Shown piece after piece: positions 1-10,040 of a stretch of 64,000 nucleotides of DNA. A program made the position numbers and the translations under genes. The notes under the pieces are model-generated. The model was not told the origin of the DNA, searched no databases, and saw nothing but the letters and a program-made list of their open reading frames with translations. This DNA is from Chthoniobacterales bacterium (lineage in GTDB: Bacteria > Verrucomicrobiota > Verrucomicrobiia > Chthoniobacterales > UBA6821). The first letter of the stretch is position 1, and every line of letters begins with the position of its first letter. The stretch spans positions 3,787 to 67,786 of the forward strand of contig JAPJNA010000061.1 in assembly GCA_026461395.1 (NCBI GenBank), written 5' to 3'.

Positions 1-38
1 TAAGGTATTGGTTCTGGGTTCGAGTCCCAGTCAACCCA
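1..38 (+). tRNA. 3' fragment of a tRNA cut by the window edge; isotype not determinable (anticodon ends in U36)
   Basis: T arm CTGGG-TTCGAGT-CCCAG at 14-30, acceptor 3' strand TCAACCC 31-37, discriminator A38, no encoded CCA (next bases CTT). Reading backwards, TAA/GGTAT/TGGTT fits positions 36-48 of a type I tRNA. Confidence 0.75.
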
Positions 39-48
39 CTTCTATCAA

Positions 49-92
49 GACTCTGGTGAAGCCCATTTTTAATGGCTCCAGAGTCAATTTTT
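49..92. terminator. Bidirectional rho-independent terminator between the tRNA (+) and trmD (-)
   Basis: GACTCTGG (49-56) pairs with CCAGAGTC (78-85). There is an inner AGCC(C)AT/ATGGCT extension, followed by AATTTTT on the plus strand. Confidence 0.65.
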
Positions 93-112
93 CCCCTTCC
101 CTCTTGTACCTT

Positions 113-784
113 TTAATCGAGCAGATCTGGTCTGCGCTTTTTCGTAGACTCTAGAGCCTGTTCTGCACGCCATGTCGTAATGGCCCCGTGATTCCCGGAA
201 AGCAGAATCGGGGGCACTTCCCATCCGTTAAACTCAACGGGCCGGGTGTAATGAGGATGATCGAGCAGTCCAGTCTCGAAGGACTCCGTGACGGCCGATT
301 GCTCATCACCTAGGACCCCGGGGATAAGGCGCACGATCGCATCGGTGAGGACAAGTGCCCCGAGCACACCATTGGTCAGGATGTAGTCGCCTATCGAGAT
401 CTCATCATCGACCAGGTGATCGGCCACGCGCTGATCAACTCCTTCATAATGTCCGCAAAGCAGAATCAGATGCTCCTCCTTGGCGTAATCGTGGACGATC
501 GGTTGGCTCAGAGGTCTTCCCTGAGGGGTGAGGAAGACCACCTTAGTCTCCGGCCGACGAAGCTCAGCCAAGGCGTCGGCGATCGGTTCGATCTTCATGA
601 CCATGCCCGGCCCTCCTCCGTAAGGAGCATCATCGACGGTACGGTGACGATCGTGGGTCCAGCGCCGTAGATCCACGGCCTCCAGTTTGACAAGACCCGC
701 TTCTTGGGCGCGACCAAGGATGCTCTCTTGAAGAACTCCCTCGGCGATGGTGGGAATGGGGGTCAGTATCTGAATCTCAATCAT
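113..784 (-). CDS. trmD: tRNA (guanine37-N1)-methyltransferase TrmD
   Basis: Translation from the internal ATG at 784: MIEIQILTPIP..., DDAPYGGGPGMVM, LLCGHYEGVDQRV, ISIGDYILTNG. The ORF-track start at 961 would overlap the divergent PBP gene. Confidence 0.9.
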   Translation of the reverse strand: MIEIQILTPIPTIAEGVLQESILGRAQEAGLVKLEAVDLRRWTHDRHRTVDDAPYGGGPGMVMKIEPIADALAELRRPETKVVFLTPQGRPLSQPIVHDYAKEEHLILLCGHYEGVDQRVADHLVDDEISIGDYILTNGVLGALVLTDAIVRLIPGVLGDEQSAVTESFETGLLDHPHYTRPVEFNGWEVPPILLSGNHGAITTWRAEQALESTKKRRPDLLD

Positions 785-875
785 GGGATGATTATTACCA
801 AGGGATCGTCCGATGAACGACGGCTCGTCATCAAGCTCCATCACCGGATAGTCTCTCCTAATCCTAAACTGAAAA

Positions 876-2804
876 GTGAACAGACGATCCAAGACACCTC
901 CCAATCGAGGGAAAAAAAGGCCTCCCAAAAGGAAGCGTTCGTTCCTGATCACGCTGATCAAGCTGGGTCTTGCAGCTCTTTTGCTCTGGATGCTGGTCGG
1001 CTTGGTTTACTATCTCTGGGCGCTGAACTTTGACCTCTCGACGATCGGCCAGATGCCCCAGCGTTCGGGGATCTATGACCGCAATGGCACCTTTTATAGC
1101 AGAACAATCGGAGAGAACCGGGTCGTGGTTCCGTACGAAAAGGTCTCCCCGAATTTCGTCAATGCACTTATCAGCCGTGAGGACTCGCGCTTCTACGAGC
1201 ACCACGGCATCGACCCGCTAGGCATCGCACGTGCCGCCGTCCGAAATCTGCTCTTCGGGGGAATGAAGCAGGGAGCCAGCACGATCACTCAGCAACTCGC
1301 CCGCAACAGCTTCCCCCTGGGAGGAAAGACCTTCAATCGCAAGTTCCTGGAAGCCGCCATGGCCTTCCGCATCGAGATGGAAATGAGTAAGGAGAAGATC
1401 CTGGAGCTCTACATGAACCGCATCTACTTCGGCTCGGGTCTCTACGGAGTCGAGGCTGCGAGCCAAGCTTACTTCGGAAAACCGGCCGCCGACATGGATC
1501 TCTCCGAGGGGGCATTGCTAGCAGGACTGATCCGCAGTCCGAACAAGTTCTCGCCGCTCAACAATATCGATGCGTCACTCGGGCAGCGGAATGTCGTCCT
1601 AGGACGGATGGAGGAGCTGGGCTTCATCACCCATGCGCAACTCGAGAAGGCGGAGGCTGAACCGATAAACCCCAGCCACCAAAAGCTCATTAACCCCATG
1701 AACAGCTGGGCCGTCGACGCAATCCTCCACGAACTGGAGCAAATAGTGCCCTTGGACAGAATTGATTCCGGGGGCCTGCGCATCGATACAACGATCGATG
1801 CTGGACTCCAGCATTCGGCCGAGACTGCTGTCTCCAGGCGTCTCTCAGAGGTCGAACAGCGAACCTACTTCCGCCAGCAGCAGCATGTTGCCAAGGGAGC
1901 CAAAGAAGTGGGGCCACCGGAACCGCTCCAGGGGGCACTTCTTGCCATCGATAATGCCAATGGCGGGATCACGGCTATCGTGGGAGGAAGGGATTTTACC
2001 AAGAGCAAGTACAACAGGGCCCTAGTCGCCATGCGACAAATCGGTTCCTCGGCCAAGCCCTTTGTCTACGAGGAGGCCTTTCGCAGGGGCATCATCACGC
2101 CGGAGACACCTGTGAGTGACGCCCGACTCACCGCGGCGGATCTCCCACCCCGCTCCGCGTCCTATGATCCTCAAAACAGTGACGGAACCTTCGGCGCCGA
2201 TCTGCCAGCCAAAGAGGGGCTAGTGCATTCCCGAAATACCATGAGTGTTCGTGTCGGGATGAAGACAGGACTGGGAGATATCGCCTCCACCATGGAGCGA
2301 CTCGGTCTAGCCGAGCATGTGCCGCATTATCCCTCGATCTGCCTGGGCAGCTTCGAATCCACGCTGAGGAATCTCACCACGGCCTACACGGCGCTGGCCA
2401 CCGGGGGGAAAAAACTCCAGCCTCACCTGATCGAACAGGTCACCGACTCCGATGGAACCGTACTCTATCGCGCGACCCACGGCCGCATTGCTGTGCTCGA
2501 TCCCGCAGCGACCAGAGCCACCACAGCAATCCTCACCGAGGTGATGTCGCGTGGCACCGCGGCTAAGTCAGCTGAACTTGGACTCCGCAAGCCGGCCGCC
2601 GGGAAGACTGGTACGACCGACCACTTCGTGGATGCCTGGTTTCTAGGATATACTGAGGGACTCACCTGCGGCGTCTGGGTCGGCTTCGACCATCCCAAGA
2701 CCATCATGCATGGAGGATATGGCGCAGAACTGGCCCTCCCGATCTGGGTGGATGTGATGCAGTCGCCTGCAGCCGATCACTTCGCGGCAGGGCCGCTGCC
2801 GTAG
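876..2804 (+). CDS. Class A penicillin-binding protein (GT51 transglycosylase + transpeptidase)
   Basis: N-terminal basic tail and TM helix. GT51 motifs REDSRFYEHHGID and GASTITQQLARN. Transpeptidase SSAKP (SxxK) and KTGTT (KTG). GTG start. Confidence 0.9.
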   Translation: MNRRSKTPPNRGKKRPPKRKRSFLITLIKLGLAALLLWMLVGLVYYLWALNFDLSTIGQMPQRSGIYDRNGTFYSRTIGENRVVVPYEKVSPNFVNALISREDSRFYEHHGIDPLGIARAAVRNLLFGGMKQGASTITQQLARNSFPLGGKTFNRKFLEAAMAFRIEMEMSKEKILELYMNRIYFGSGLYGVEAASQAYFGKPAADMDLSEGALLAGLIRSPNKFSPLNNIDASLGQRNVVLGRMEELGFITHAQLEKAEAEPINPSHQKLINPMNSWAVDAILHELEQIVPLDRIDSGGLRIDTTIDAGLQHSAETAVSRRLSEVEQRTYFRQQQHVAKGAKEVGPPEPLQGALLAIDNANGGITAIVGGRDFTKSKYNRALVAMRQIGSSAKPFVYEEAFRRGIITPETPVSDARLTAADLPPRSASYDPQNSDGTFGADLPAKEGLVHSRNTMSVRVGMKTGLGDIASTMERLGLAEHVPHYPSICLGSFESTLRNLTTAYTALATGGKKLQPHLIEQVTDSDGTVLYRATHGRIAVLDPAATRATTAILTEVMSRGTAAKSAELGLRKPAAGKTGTTDHFVDAWFLGYTEGLTCGVWVGFDHPKTIMHGGYGAELALPIWVDVMQSPAADHFAAGPLP

Positions 2805-2859
2805 ATAAGGGAATAGGTAATAGACTGTGGGGAATGGGCGATGGGAGGGGCCCGCTAGC

Positions 2860-2890
2860 CTCAAAAAACCCCTTTCTTGGTTTTTTTGAG
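2860..2890 (+). terminator. Possible weak A/T-rich hairpin terminator after the PBP gene
   Basis: CTCAAAAAACC (2860-2870) pairs with GGTTTTTTTGAG (2879-2890), with one extra T. The stem is A/T rich, so it is weak. Confidence 0.35.
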
Positions 2891-2960
2891 ACTTTGTATC
2901 AACGAGTTCTTTCACTTTTAAAGGGGGCTGTGTATTAGTCTGGCTTATCACTTTTTCCCA

Positions 2961-4151
2961 ATGAATATCCACGAATTCCAGGCCCGAGAACTCTTCGCCG
3001 AATTTGGCGTCGCCACCCAACCAGGCAGTGTTGCCCACACTCCCGACGAGGCCGAAACCGTCGCCACTGGACTCAATCAAGGGAAGCTTGTCATCAAGGC
3101 GCAGATCCATGCAGGGGGACGTGGCAAGGGAACTTTCAAGAACGGATTCAAAGGCGGCGTTCATCTCTGTGACACCCCTTCGGAAGCCAAGGATCTCGCC
3201 TCGAAAATGCTCGGCCAGGTTCTTGTCACCCATCAGACAGGCCCCGAGGGGAAGGAAGTCGGAAAGATCTTTGTCGGTGAGGCCGTCGACATTGCCCGTG
3301 AGCTCTACTTCGCGATCCTCATTGACCGCGCCACCTCGGTTCCTGTTTTGATCGCCAGCACTGAGGGAGGTGTGGACATCGAGACGGTTGCCGACAAGAC
3401 CCCTGAGAAGATCCTCCGTCTTTCCATCAATCCCTTTCTAGGGATCATGCCTTACCAGACACGTCTGATCGCCTCCTCACTGGGACTTACCGGCCCGCTC
3501 ATGAACCAGGCCTCCAAGCTCTTCACTAATCTCTACCGCCTCTTCATCGAGCGGGACTGCTCGATGGTCGAGGTGAATCCCCTTGTCGTTACCACCGATG
3601 GCCGCCTGATGGCCCTCGATGCGAAGTTCAATTTCGACGACAATGCCCTCTACCGCCAGCCCTCGATCATCGCTATGCGCGATGTCACCGAGGAGGATCC
3701 GCGCGAAGTGGAGGCATCCAAGCACGGCCTCAACTACATCGGCCTCGACGGAAACATCGCCTGCCTAGTAAATGGCGCGGGTCTTGCCATGGCCACCATG
3801 GACATCATCCAGCATGCGGGCGGCAGTCCAGCGAACTTCCTCGATGTCGGGGGTGGCGCCACACGTGAGCAGGTCGCCTCGGCCTTCCGCATCATCCTAG
3901 CGGATTCCCGCGTGAAGGGAATTCTGGTCAATATCTTCGGAGGCATCATGGATTGTGATGTCATAGCTAACGGTATCGTCGAGGCCGCGAAGGAGACAGG
4001 CCTCTCCATCCCGCTTGTTGTCCGCCTGGAAGGCAACAACGTCGAGGCCGGCAAGAAGACCCTCGCCCAGAGCGGTCTCAAACTCGAGAGCGGCGAGAAC
4101 ATCCTCGATGCCGCAAACAGGATCGTCGCCGCAGTAAAATCAGCCGCCTGA
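2961..4151 (+). CDS. sucC: Succinyl-CoA synthetase beta subunit
   Basis: [17 protein letters not shown]..., [35 protein letters not shown]; followed by sucD. Confidence 0.95.
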   Translation: MNIHEFQARELFAEFGVATQPGSVAHTPDEAETVATGLNQGKLVIKAQIHAGGRGKGTFKNGFKGGVHLCDTPSEAKDLASKMLGQVLVTHQTGPEGKEVGKIFVGEAVDIARELYFAILIDRATSVPVLIASTEGGVDIETVADKTPEKILRLSINPFLGIMPYQTRLIASSLGLTGPLMNQASKLFTNLYRLFIERDCSMVEVNPLVVTTDGRLMALDAKFNFDDNALYRQPSIIAMRDVTEEDPREVEASKHGLNYIGLDGNIACLVNGAGLAMATMDIIQHAGGSPANFLDVGGGATREQVASAFRIILADSRVKGILVNIFGGIMDCDVIANGIVEAAKETGLSIPLVVRLEGNNVEAGKKTLAQSGLKLESGENILDAANRIVAAVKSAA

Positions 4152-4187
4152 TCCCAGGGTAACCTTCAAACCTTAACTTTTCACTCC

Positions 4188-5084
4188 ATGTCCATTCTCG
4201 TCACTCCCGACACCAAAGTCCTCATCCAAGGTATCACCGGCAGCTTCGGCGCACGCCATGCCAAGCTCAGCCTCGACTATGGCACGAAAGTCGTGGCCGG
4301 CGTCACTCCGGGTAAGGGGGGCCAGCTTTTTGAGAACCAGGTGCCCATCTTTGATACCGTCGAGCAGGCCGTCCGCGAGTCAGGAGCAACCGTCTCCGCC
4401 ATCTTCGTTCCACCTCCGTTTGCGGCTGACGCTATTCTCGAAGGTGTTGCCGCAGGCCTTGAACTCGTTGTCTGCATCACCGAGGGAATTCCCGTCATCG
4501 ACATGATGAGGGTTAAGGAGGCCATGAAGGGCTCCAAGACCCGTCTCATAGGCCCGAACTGCCCAGGTCTCGTCACACCGGGCACTGGTGACAAGTCTCA
4601 TGGAGGCTGCCGGATCGGCATTGCCCCAGGTTACATCCATAAGAAGGGAAGTGTCGGCGTTGTCTCCCGCTCCGGCACCCTCACCTATGAGGCCGTCTGG
4701 CAGCTCACGACCCGCGGCTATGGTCAGAGCACCTGTGTCGGCATCGGTGGCGATCCGATCAACGGCACCTCCCACATCGACATCCTGAAGATGTTCAACG
4801 AGGACCCGGAGACCGAGGCGATCATTATGATTGGCGAGATCGGGGGAAGCGCCGAAGAAGAAGCCGCAGCCTGGGCAGCCGAGCATTGCAAGAAGCCGAT
4901 CGCCGGATTCATTGCGGGTGCGACTGCGCCCGAGGGAAGACGTATGGGCCATGCAGGAGCCATCGTCAGCGGCGGTCAGGGAACAGCAGCCGGCAAGATC
5001 GCCGCGCTACGGGCCGCTGGCATCGAGATTGCCGAGACTCCTTCCGATATGGCCGATGCCCTCATCCGCAGGATGAAGCGATAG
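4188..5084 (+). CDS. sucD: Succinyl-CoA synthetase alpha subunit
   Basis: [42 protein letters not shown] (phosphohistidine loop). Confidence 0.95.
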   Translation: MSILVTPDTKVLIQGITGSFGARHAKLSLDYGTKVVAGVTPGKGGQLFENQVPIFDTVEQAVRESGATVSAIFVPPPFAADAILEGVAAGLELVVCITEGIPVIDMMRVKEAMKGSKTRLIGPNCPGLVTPGTGDKSHGGCRIGIAPGYIHKKGSVGVVSRSGTLTYEAVWQLTTRGYGQSTCVGIGGDPINGTSHIDILKMFNEDPETEAIIMIGEIGGSAEEEAAAWAAEHCKKPIAGFIAGATAPEGRRMGHAGAIVSGGQGTAAGKIAALRAAGIEIAETPSDMADALIRRMKR

Positions 5085-5124
5085 GAAACCTGTTTTCATT
5101 ACCAACACCCAACCGCCCATTCTC

Positions 5125-6255
5125 ATGACAGTCATTGCCAAAGGTCTCGAAGGTATCATTGCCAACTCCACTACCCTCAGTGACGTGCGGGGTGAGGAAG
5201 GAATCCTCATCTACGCCGGATACAACATCAATGAATTGGCCGGCAAGGTCAGCTACGAGGAAGTGGTCTATCTCCTCTGGCATGGCGAGCTTCCGAATCA
5301 AGCCCAGCTTGAGTCCCTCCATCAGGAACTCGGATCCCAGCGCGAACTGCCCCAGGGCGTCATCGACTTCATCAAGTCCGCCCCGAAGGATGCCAATCCC
5401 ATGGATGTCATCCGCACGGGCGTTTCCATGTTGGGTCTCTACGACAAGGTCCCAAGTGGCGACATCGATCCGGCGAACAATCGCCACCGTGCCGTCTCTA
5501 TCACCGCCAAGGTCGGGGTGATTGCCGCCTATTATCACCGCGCCCGTCTCAATCAGGATCTCCCTCCTGTCCGCAAGGATCTCGGCGAGGCCGCCCACTT
5601 CCTGTACCTCCTGAATGGCATCGAACCGACCGCCGAAGCCGCCAAGACCCTTGATGTTGCCTATGTCCTCCATGCCGATCACGGCATGAATGCCTCGACT
5701 TTCTCCGCCCGTGTCACGATCGCCACGCTAAGCGACATCTACTCCGCCGTCACCTCCGCTATCGGAACCCTCAAGGGGCCTCTCCACGGCGGAGCGAACG
5801 AGGGAGTCATTCATATGCTTCAGGAGATCGGCAATGAGACCAAGGTGGACGCTTGGGTCGAGAATGCCATCGCCACCAAGAAGAAGGTCATGGGAATCGG
5901 TCACCGCGTCTACAAGACCCTCGACCCACGCGCCCCTCACCTCCGCTCCATGGCGGTCCAACTCTGCGAGCAACTCGGCGAAGGAAAGTGGATTCGGATG
6001 TCTGAGCGCATCGCCGAGCTCATGAAGGAGCGCAAGGGACTCAATGCCAATGTCGATTTCTACTCGGCCACTGTTTACTACTCGCTCGGTCTGCCCACCG
6101 ACATGTTCACCCCGATCTTTGCAATCTCACGCACCTCGGGATGGACGGCACACATCCTGGAGCAACTCATCGACAACCGCCTCTACAGGCCGCTGAGCGA
6201 TTATGTCGGGCCTGCCGTTGGCAAGACCGTGACTCCGCTGGAAGAGAGAGCCTAG
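5125..6255 (+). CDS. gltA: Citrate synthase (short, about 375-aa type; could also be 2-methylcitrate synthase)
   Basis: GLEGIIANSTTLSDV, HADHGMNASTF, GPLHGGANE, MGIGHRVYKTLDPR, NVDFYSA. Confidence 0.85.
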   Translation: MTVIAKGLEGIIANSTTLSDVRGEEGILIYAGYNINELAGKVSYEEVVYLLWHGELPNQAQLESLHQELGSQRELPQGVIDFIKSAPKDANPMDVIRTGVSMLGLYDKVPSGDIDPANNRHRAVSITAKVGVIAAYYHRARLNQDLPPVRKDLGEAAHFLYLLNGIEPTAEAAKTLDVAYVLHADHGMNASTFSARVTIATLSDIYSAVTSAIGTLKGPLHGGANEGVIHMLQEIGNETKVDAWVENAIATKKKVMGIGHRVYKTLDPRAPHLRSMAVQLCEQLGEGKWIRMSERIAELMKERKGLNANVDFYSATVYYSLGLPTDMFTPIFAISRTSGWTAHILEQLIDNRLYRPLSDYVGPAVGKTVTPLEERA

Positions 6256-6323
6256 ATGGCTTTCTCTCCGGGAAGAAACCTGGGGATGTTGCGGGATGGA
6301 TCTGGCTCAAGTATTCTGACGAC

Positions 6324-7445
6324 ATGAGCGAACTCAGGGTTCAATCCGGCGCGATCATTGCCTTGCGGCTTTTTGACATCGCCTACTCCATCGATCTGAA
6401 GAGGGTCGAGGATCTCTGGTCGCGCGGAAGCGGTCGATCCACCAGTCGAAGCCGCCTGACTTCCACACCTCCGAAGGCCCTGACCTTCGACGTGCCCCCT
6501 GTCCTACTGACGATGAATCCCGTAATACTGGAGATCGCAGGAGTCAGTCATCAGGCTTCGATCTCGGCGCGCCTCTATGACTTCGGAGTGGTGGCACTCT
6601 CCGTCCGCGTACCTGCGATGGATCTGAGTTGGGAGGATTACTCCGCCCTCTGCGAGGCGGTGGACCGGAGCATCGGGCCAAATGCCCCGGGAAGTACGTG
6701 GCAGAATCTCCTGAAACAGATCAGAGACTCACTTACTCCTGCAATGACAAGGCCTAATGACTCGACTCTGGAGGAGGATCACCTCGTGGCCATTGTTCAG
6801 AAATGGGACAAGCCTGTTATCGGAGCCGATCTTACGGAAATGATCGATCTCGTGCCGATCCTCTCGGGCGAGAATCGCCCTCTCTCCGAAAAGACCCGCA
6901 AGGATCTGCTGAAACAGCGATTCTCCTATTACGAGGATGATCTGGTAGTGATCACCTGGGACAGAGCCTTCATTTACGAACCCCGCAGCGATTCCGATGT
7001 CTCTGATATCCTGGAGGTGGCCAATGCACAGTTGCTTGAATTCCGCTACTACGACGAGCTACTCGATGACGAATTGCCCCGCATGTACGATCTCGTGAAG
7101 CAGGCACGACGGGCTACAAACCTTTTGGCACCCAGGCGCTTCGCGGACCTGGCCCGTAAGCTCTACACGCTGGTCGCCGAGGTGACGGAACTCACTGAAA
7201 AGGCCGACAATGTGCTCCAGGTGACCGAGGACGTCTATCTGGCCCGCATCTACTTGGCATCGCTGGAGATCTTCCGCGTGCCGACGGTAAGCGCTGCGGT
7301 CGACCGGAAACTCTCCATCGTTAGGGAAACCTATGCTGCCCTCTATGCTGAGGCATCCGGTTCACGGGGGGAACTTCTTGAGGTGGCCATTGTTGTACTG
7401 ATCGTGATCGAGATCGCGATCGCTCTCCTGCACCACACCGTCTGA
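6324..7445 (+). CDS. DUF155 / RMD1-YagE family-like protein with a C-terminal TM helix (function unknown)
   Basis: Start trimmed to ATG 6324 (MSELRVQSGAII...) because the ORF-track start overlaps gltA. YDFGVVALSV core, helical C-terminal half ending in the hydrophobic LLEVAIVVLIVIEIAIALL. Family assignment is from memory of the pattern only. Confidence 0.5.
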   Translation: MSELRVQSGAIIALRLFDIAYSIDLKRVEDLWSRGSGRSTSRSRLTSTPPKALTFDVPPVLLTMNPVILEIAGVSHQASISARLYDFGVVALSVRVPAMDLSWEDYSALCEAVDRSIGPNAPGSTWQNLLKQIRDSLTPAMTRPNDSTLEEDHLVAIVQKWDKPVIGADLTEMIDLVPILSGENRPLSEKTRKDLLKQRFSYYEDDLVVITWDRAFIYEPRSDSDVSDILEVANAQLLEFRYYDELLDDELPRMYDLVKQARRATNLLAPRRFADLARKLYTLVAEVTELTEKADNVLQVTEDVYLARIYLASLEIFRVPTVSAAVDRKLSIVRETYAALYAEASGSRGELLEVAIVVLIVIEIAIALLHHTV

Positions 7446-7459
7446 GTGGATAGAAAGTT

Positions 7460-8482
7460 CTAGATGTACGAACTGATCTTCGAATCATCAGCAACCTTGG
7501 TGTTGCCATTCATTGGATCCGTCGTGTTGGTGTAGTTCCACGCGACTTGTCGCCTGATATCCACCTTTTGAGGTCCCTTCGGGAGGATCTCAATCATGCC
7601 GACGCCGGGATAGGTCCCCATATTCGGACCCTGCCACCACTTTCCGCAGACAGCTCCTCCGGTGATGCATGGGATACCATTCAACTCAAGAAGCTCGTTG
7701 AGGTGAACATGACCCTGGAGAATTGCCACAACGGGGCGGTTCCGGAGTTTTTCCATCACCAGGTTCGCATTGAGAACACGGACTCGTCCCGTTGTGGGAC
7801 CGATCAGCGGTCCGAAGGATCCTGCAATACTTGAAACCATTGTACGAAAAGGGATATGCGTGCAGAGAATGATCGGTTCATTAGAGGGGATAATAGTGAG
7901 TTCACGATCCAGCCAGGCTAACTGCGCCGCATCGATCCATCCCCGGTAGGGATCCTGACCACCTACCACCTTGACGGAGTCGAGCATGAGGAATCGGTAT
8001 CCGTGCCAGCGAAACGAGCGGTAAGTATGCTCCAATCCGAAATATTTGCGCCAGCGCCAGCGCGGATCTCCATGTGAAGGCGTGCCATCGGCCTGGAGCG
8101 GTTCGTAGAAGTCATGGTTGCCGATGATCGGCTCCAGCCTTGTCTTAAGTTTCTTAAGGAAGGTGTCAGCTAACCCCCAGCGACGTTCCATGACCTTGCC
8201 TGACGAGTGGAATCCTCCATGGACAAAATCCCCTCCCCCTATGATGAGGTCGGGCTTGAGGGAGTTCATCAGTTCAGCCGTATGGTCAAGCCATGCCGGA
8301 GCGTCATGCTCCTTCATGGCATGACAGTCGGTCAGAAATCCGAGGCGGATCGGCTTTAAGTCCGAGGGAAGCTCGACTCCACCCAGAACGCTCGGGAGCA
8401 AAAGCTGGGAGGCAAAAAAGGCTCCAAGTCCGGTGACAAAGTCACGGCGACTCCAGGACGGGAGTTGGCTCTCGTGGGACAT
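7460..8482 (-). CDS. Tat-exported calcineurin-like metallophosphoesterase
   Basis: Start at ATG 8482, 1 nt after the upstream stop. Twin-arginine signal SRRDFVTGLGAFFASQLLL. Phosphoesterase motifs GFLTDCH, GGGDFVHGG, GNHD, LQGHVH. Confidence 0.8.
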   Translation of the reverse strand: MSHESQLPSWSRRDFVTGLGAFFASQLLLPSVLGGVELPSDLKPIRLGFLTDCHAMKEHDAPAWLDHTAELMNSLKPDLIIGGGDFVHGGFHSSGKVMERRWGLADTFLKKLKTRLEPIIGNHDFYEPLQADGTPSHGDPRWRWRKYFGLEHTYRSFRWHGYRFLMLDSVKVVGGQDPYRGWIDAAQLAWLDRELTIIPSNEPIILCTHIPFRTMVSSIAGSFGPLIGPTTGRVRVLNANLVMEKLRNRPVVAILQGHVHLNELLELNGIPCITGGAVCGKWWQGPNMGTYPGVGMIEILPKGPQKVDIRRQVAWNYTNTTDPMNGNTKVADDSKISSYI

Positions 8483-8483
8483 A

Positions 8484-10040
8484 TCAGGCACCGAGTCCAA
8501 GCCAGAAAGAAGGTTTCTGCTGCGGGGTACGGCGTTCGGTGGAAAGTCGTTTTTCAAGCCAACCTGCCAATCGCACAAACGGGAGGCCGATCAAGAGATA
8601 AATTGCTGCGATCAGCAGACCAGTCCCGAAGTAGTCGAAGGTCTGGGTGGCAATCCTGGTGTAAGCCCCGGTGAGATCAATCAGGGTCACTGCGGACACC
8701 AGTGAGGAATCCTTGAGCAGAGAGATGAAGTCGTTGGTGACCGGCGGCAGCACAAGCCGGAATGCCTGCGGGATGACCACATGACGAAGCCCCTGCTGAT
8801 GGGTCATTCCTAGTGCACGGGCGGCCTCCATCTGCCCTTGGGGTATAGCCAGAAGTCCGGCGCGGTAATTCTCCGCCTCGTACGCTGCATAGTTCAATCC
8901 AAGTCCCAACATGCCAGCAATGAAGGGCTCCAGCTTTATCCCGATATAGGGAAGTCCGTAAAAAAGGATCAGGAGCTGGACGAGCAAGGGGGTCCCCCGG
9001 ACAATCTCGATATATAAAATGGATAGTTGCCGCATCGGGAAAGGGCCATACACGCGGATCAGTGCGAGCAGAAATCCGATAGCGATAGCGATCACCATAC
9101 TCAGCAAGGAAATCTCAAGCGTCAGAATGCACCCCTGAAGGATGACCGGCCAGTAGACGAAGTAGCGCTTGAGACGGGCAATAATGCCACCCTCCTGATC
9201 AAACTGAGAGGCAAAGGCCTTGAACTCCGTGTCAGGAAGGGAGGGCTCTGCGGACTGATTCAGGGCTGTTGCCATGGTTGGGGTCCAGAGTCCCCAGCGG
9301 GAAAGAATATCGCGGAGTTCACCACTGGACACCATCTCCCCGAGTGCCGTATTGATCTGTTGAACCAATTCGGGACGGCTACGCGAGACAGCGATCCCAT
9401 AAGTGATCTTACCGATCGGAGAGCCCGTGAATTCGAGCGCGGGATCCGGAGCGGCGTAATATTTGGCGATCGGAAAGTCGAGAAGCACTGCGTAGAGTCG
9501 CCCGTTGGCGACATCGTGGTAGGCGTTGACCTCCTCAGCATAGCTCTTCACCACCACATTAGGGGTCTCTTGGAGCATGCGGAGAGCAGCGGTCTGCTCC
9601 AGGGTGCCGACCTTGCGTCCGGAGAGCTCTGTCAGCGAGGTGACGGCGGGTGTCCCTTTCGCAACCACCAGCTGCTCAAAGGTGATGTAGTAGGGATGGC
9701 TGAAGAGGACCTCCTGCCCCTTCTCTGCAGTGATCTCGATGCCGCAGATGACGCAGTCATAAAGTCCGCGTCCGAGACCTGGAATCAGGCCGTCCCAACT
9801 GTTCTGGATGAATTTCGGTTCGCGCGCCATGTGACGGGCGATTCCCTCGATGATCTCGTACTCGAAACCGGTCAGGCGGTTGTTCTTATCGTAAAAGGCA
9901 AACGGAGCATTGCTGTCGACGGCGGCTGCCCAACGCAGTTCCTCATGGTCCCCCTTGGCGGCTTTAGGAGCTGGATCCTTCGCATGGAGCCGGCCAACGG
10001 CCAGAATCAAAAGTGCTAGAAAGCGCAGTCCCTTCATCAT
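8484..10040 (-). CDS. Polar amino-acid ABC transporter, fused substrate-binding domain + permease
   Basis: Signal peptide, then a family-3 SBP-like N-terminal half (about 290 aa). The C-terminal half is a HisM/GlnP-type permease (EAARALGMTHQQGLRHVVIPQA EAA loop). The start overlaps the ATPase stop (ATGA). Confidence 0.85.
   Translation of the reverse strand: MMKGLRFLALLILAVGRLHAKDPAPKAAKGDHEELRWAAAVDSNAPFAFYDKNNRLTGFEYEIIEGIARHMAREPKFIQNSWDGLIPGLGRGLYDCVICGIEITAEKGQEVLFSHPYYITFEQLVVAKGTPAVTSLTELSGRKVGTLEQTAALRMLQETPNVVVKSYAEEVNAYHDVANGRLYAVLLDFPIAKYYAAPDPALEFTGSPIGKITYGIAVSRSRPELVQQINTALGEMVSSGELRDILSRWGLWTPTMATALNQSAEPSLPDTEFKAFASQFDQEGGIIARLKRYFVYWPVILQGCILTLEISLLSMVIAIAIGFLLALIRVYGPFPMRQLSILYIEIVRGTPLLVQLLILFYGLPYIGIKLEPFIAGMLGLGLNYAAYEAENYRAGLLAIPQGQMEAARALGMTHQQGLRHVVIPQAFRLVLPPVTNDFISLLKDSSLVSAVTLIDLTGAYTRIATQTFDYFGTGLLIAAIYLLIGLPFVRLAGWLEKRLSTERRTPQQKPSFWLGLGA

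Noticed and set aside
1-38. The left-edge tRNA-like 3' end as a possible tmRNA terminus.
   Set aside because: The bases preceding the T arm fit a normal anticodon stem plus a 5-nt variable loop of a type I tRNA. This cannot be fully excluded with only 38 nt.
6141-6323. N-terminal extensions of ORF-track calls that overlap neighbouring genes: 6141-6323 into gltA, 46218-46439 into the MTHFS gene, 51684-51800 into rsmD, 785-961 beyond trmD, and 8483-8578, 22364-22495, 25455-25559, 12849-12896, 58453-58488, 60390-60440.
   Set aside because: Internal start codons give products that begin at the conserved N-termini of their families and remove the overlaps. The extensions look like arbitrary read-through of the longest-ORF rule.
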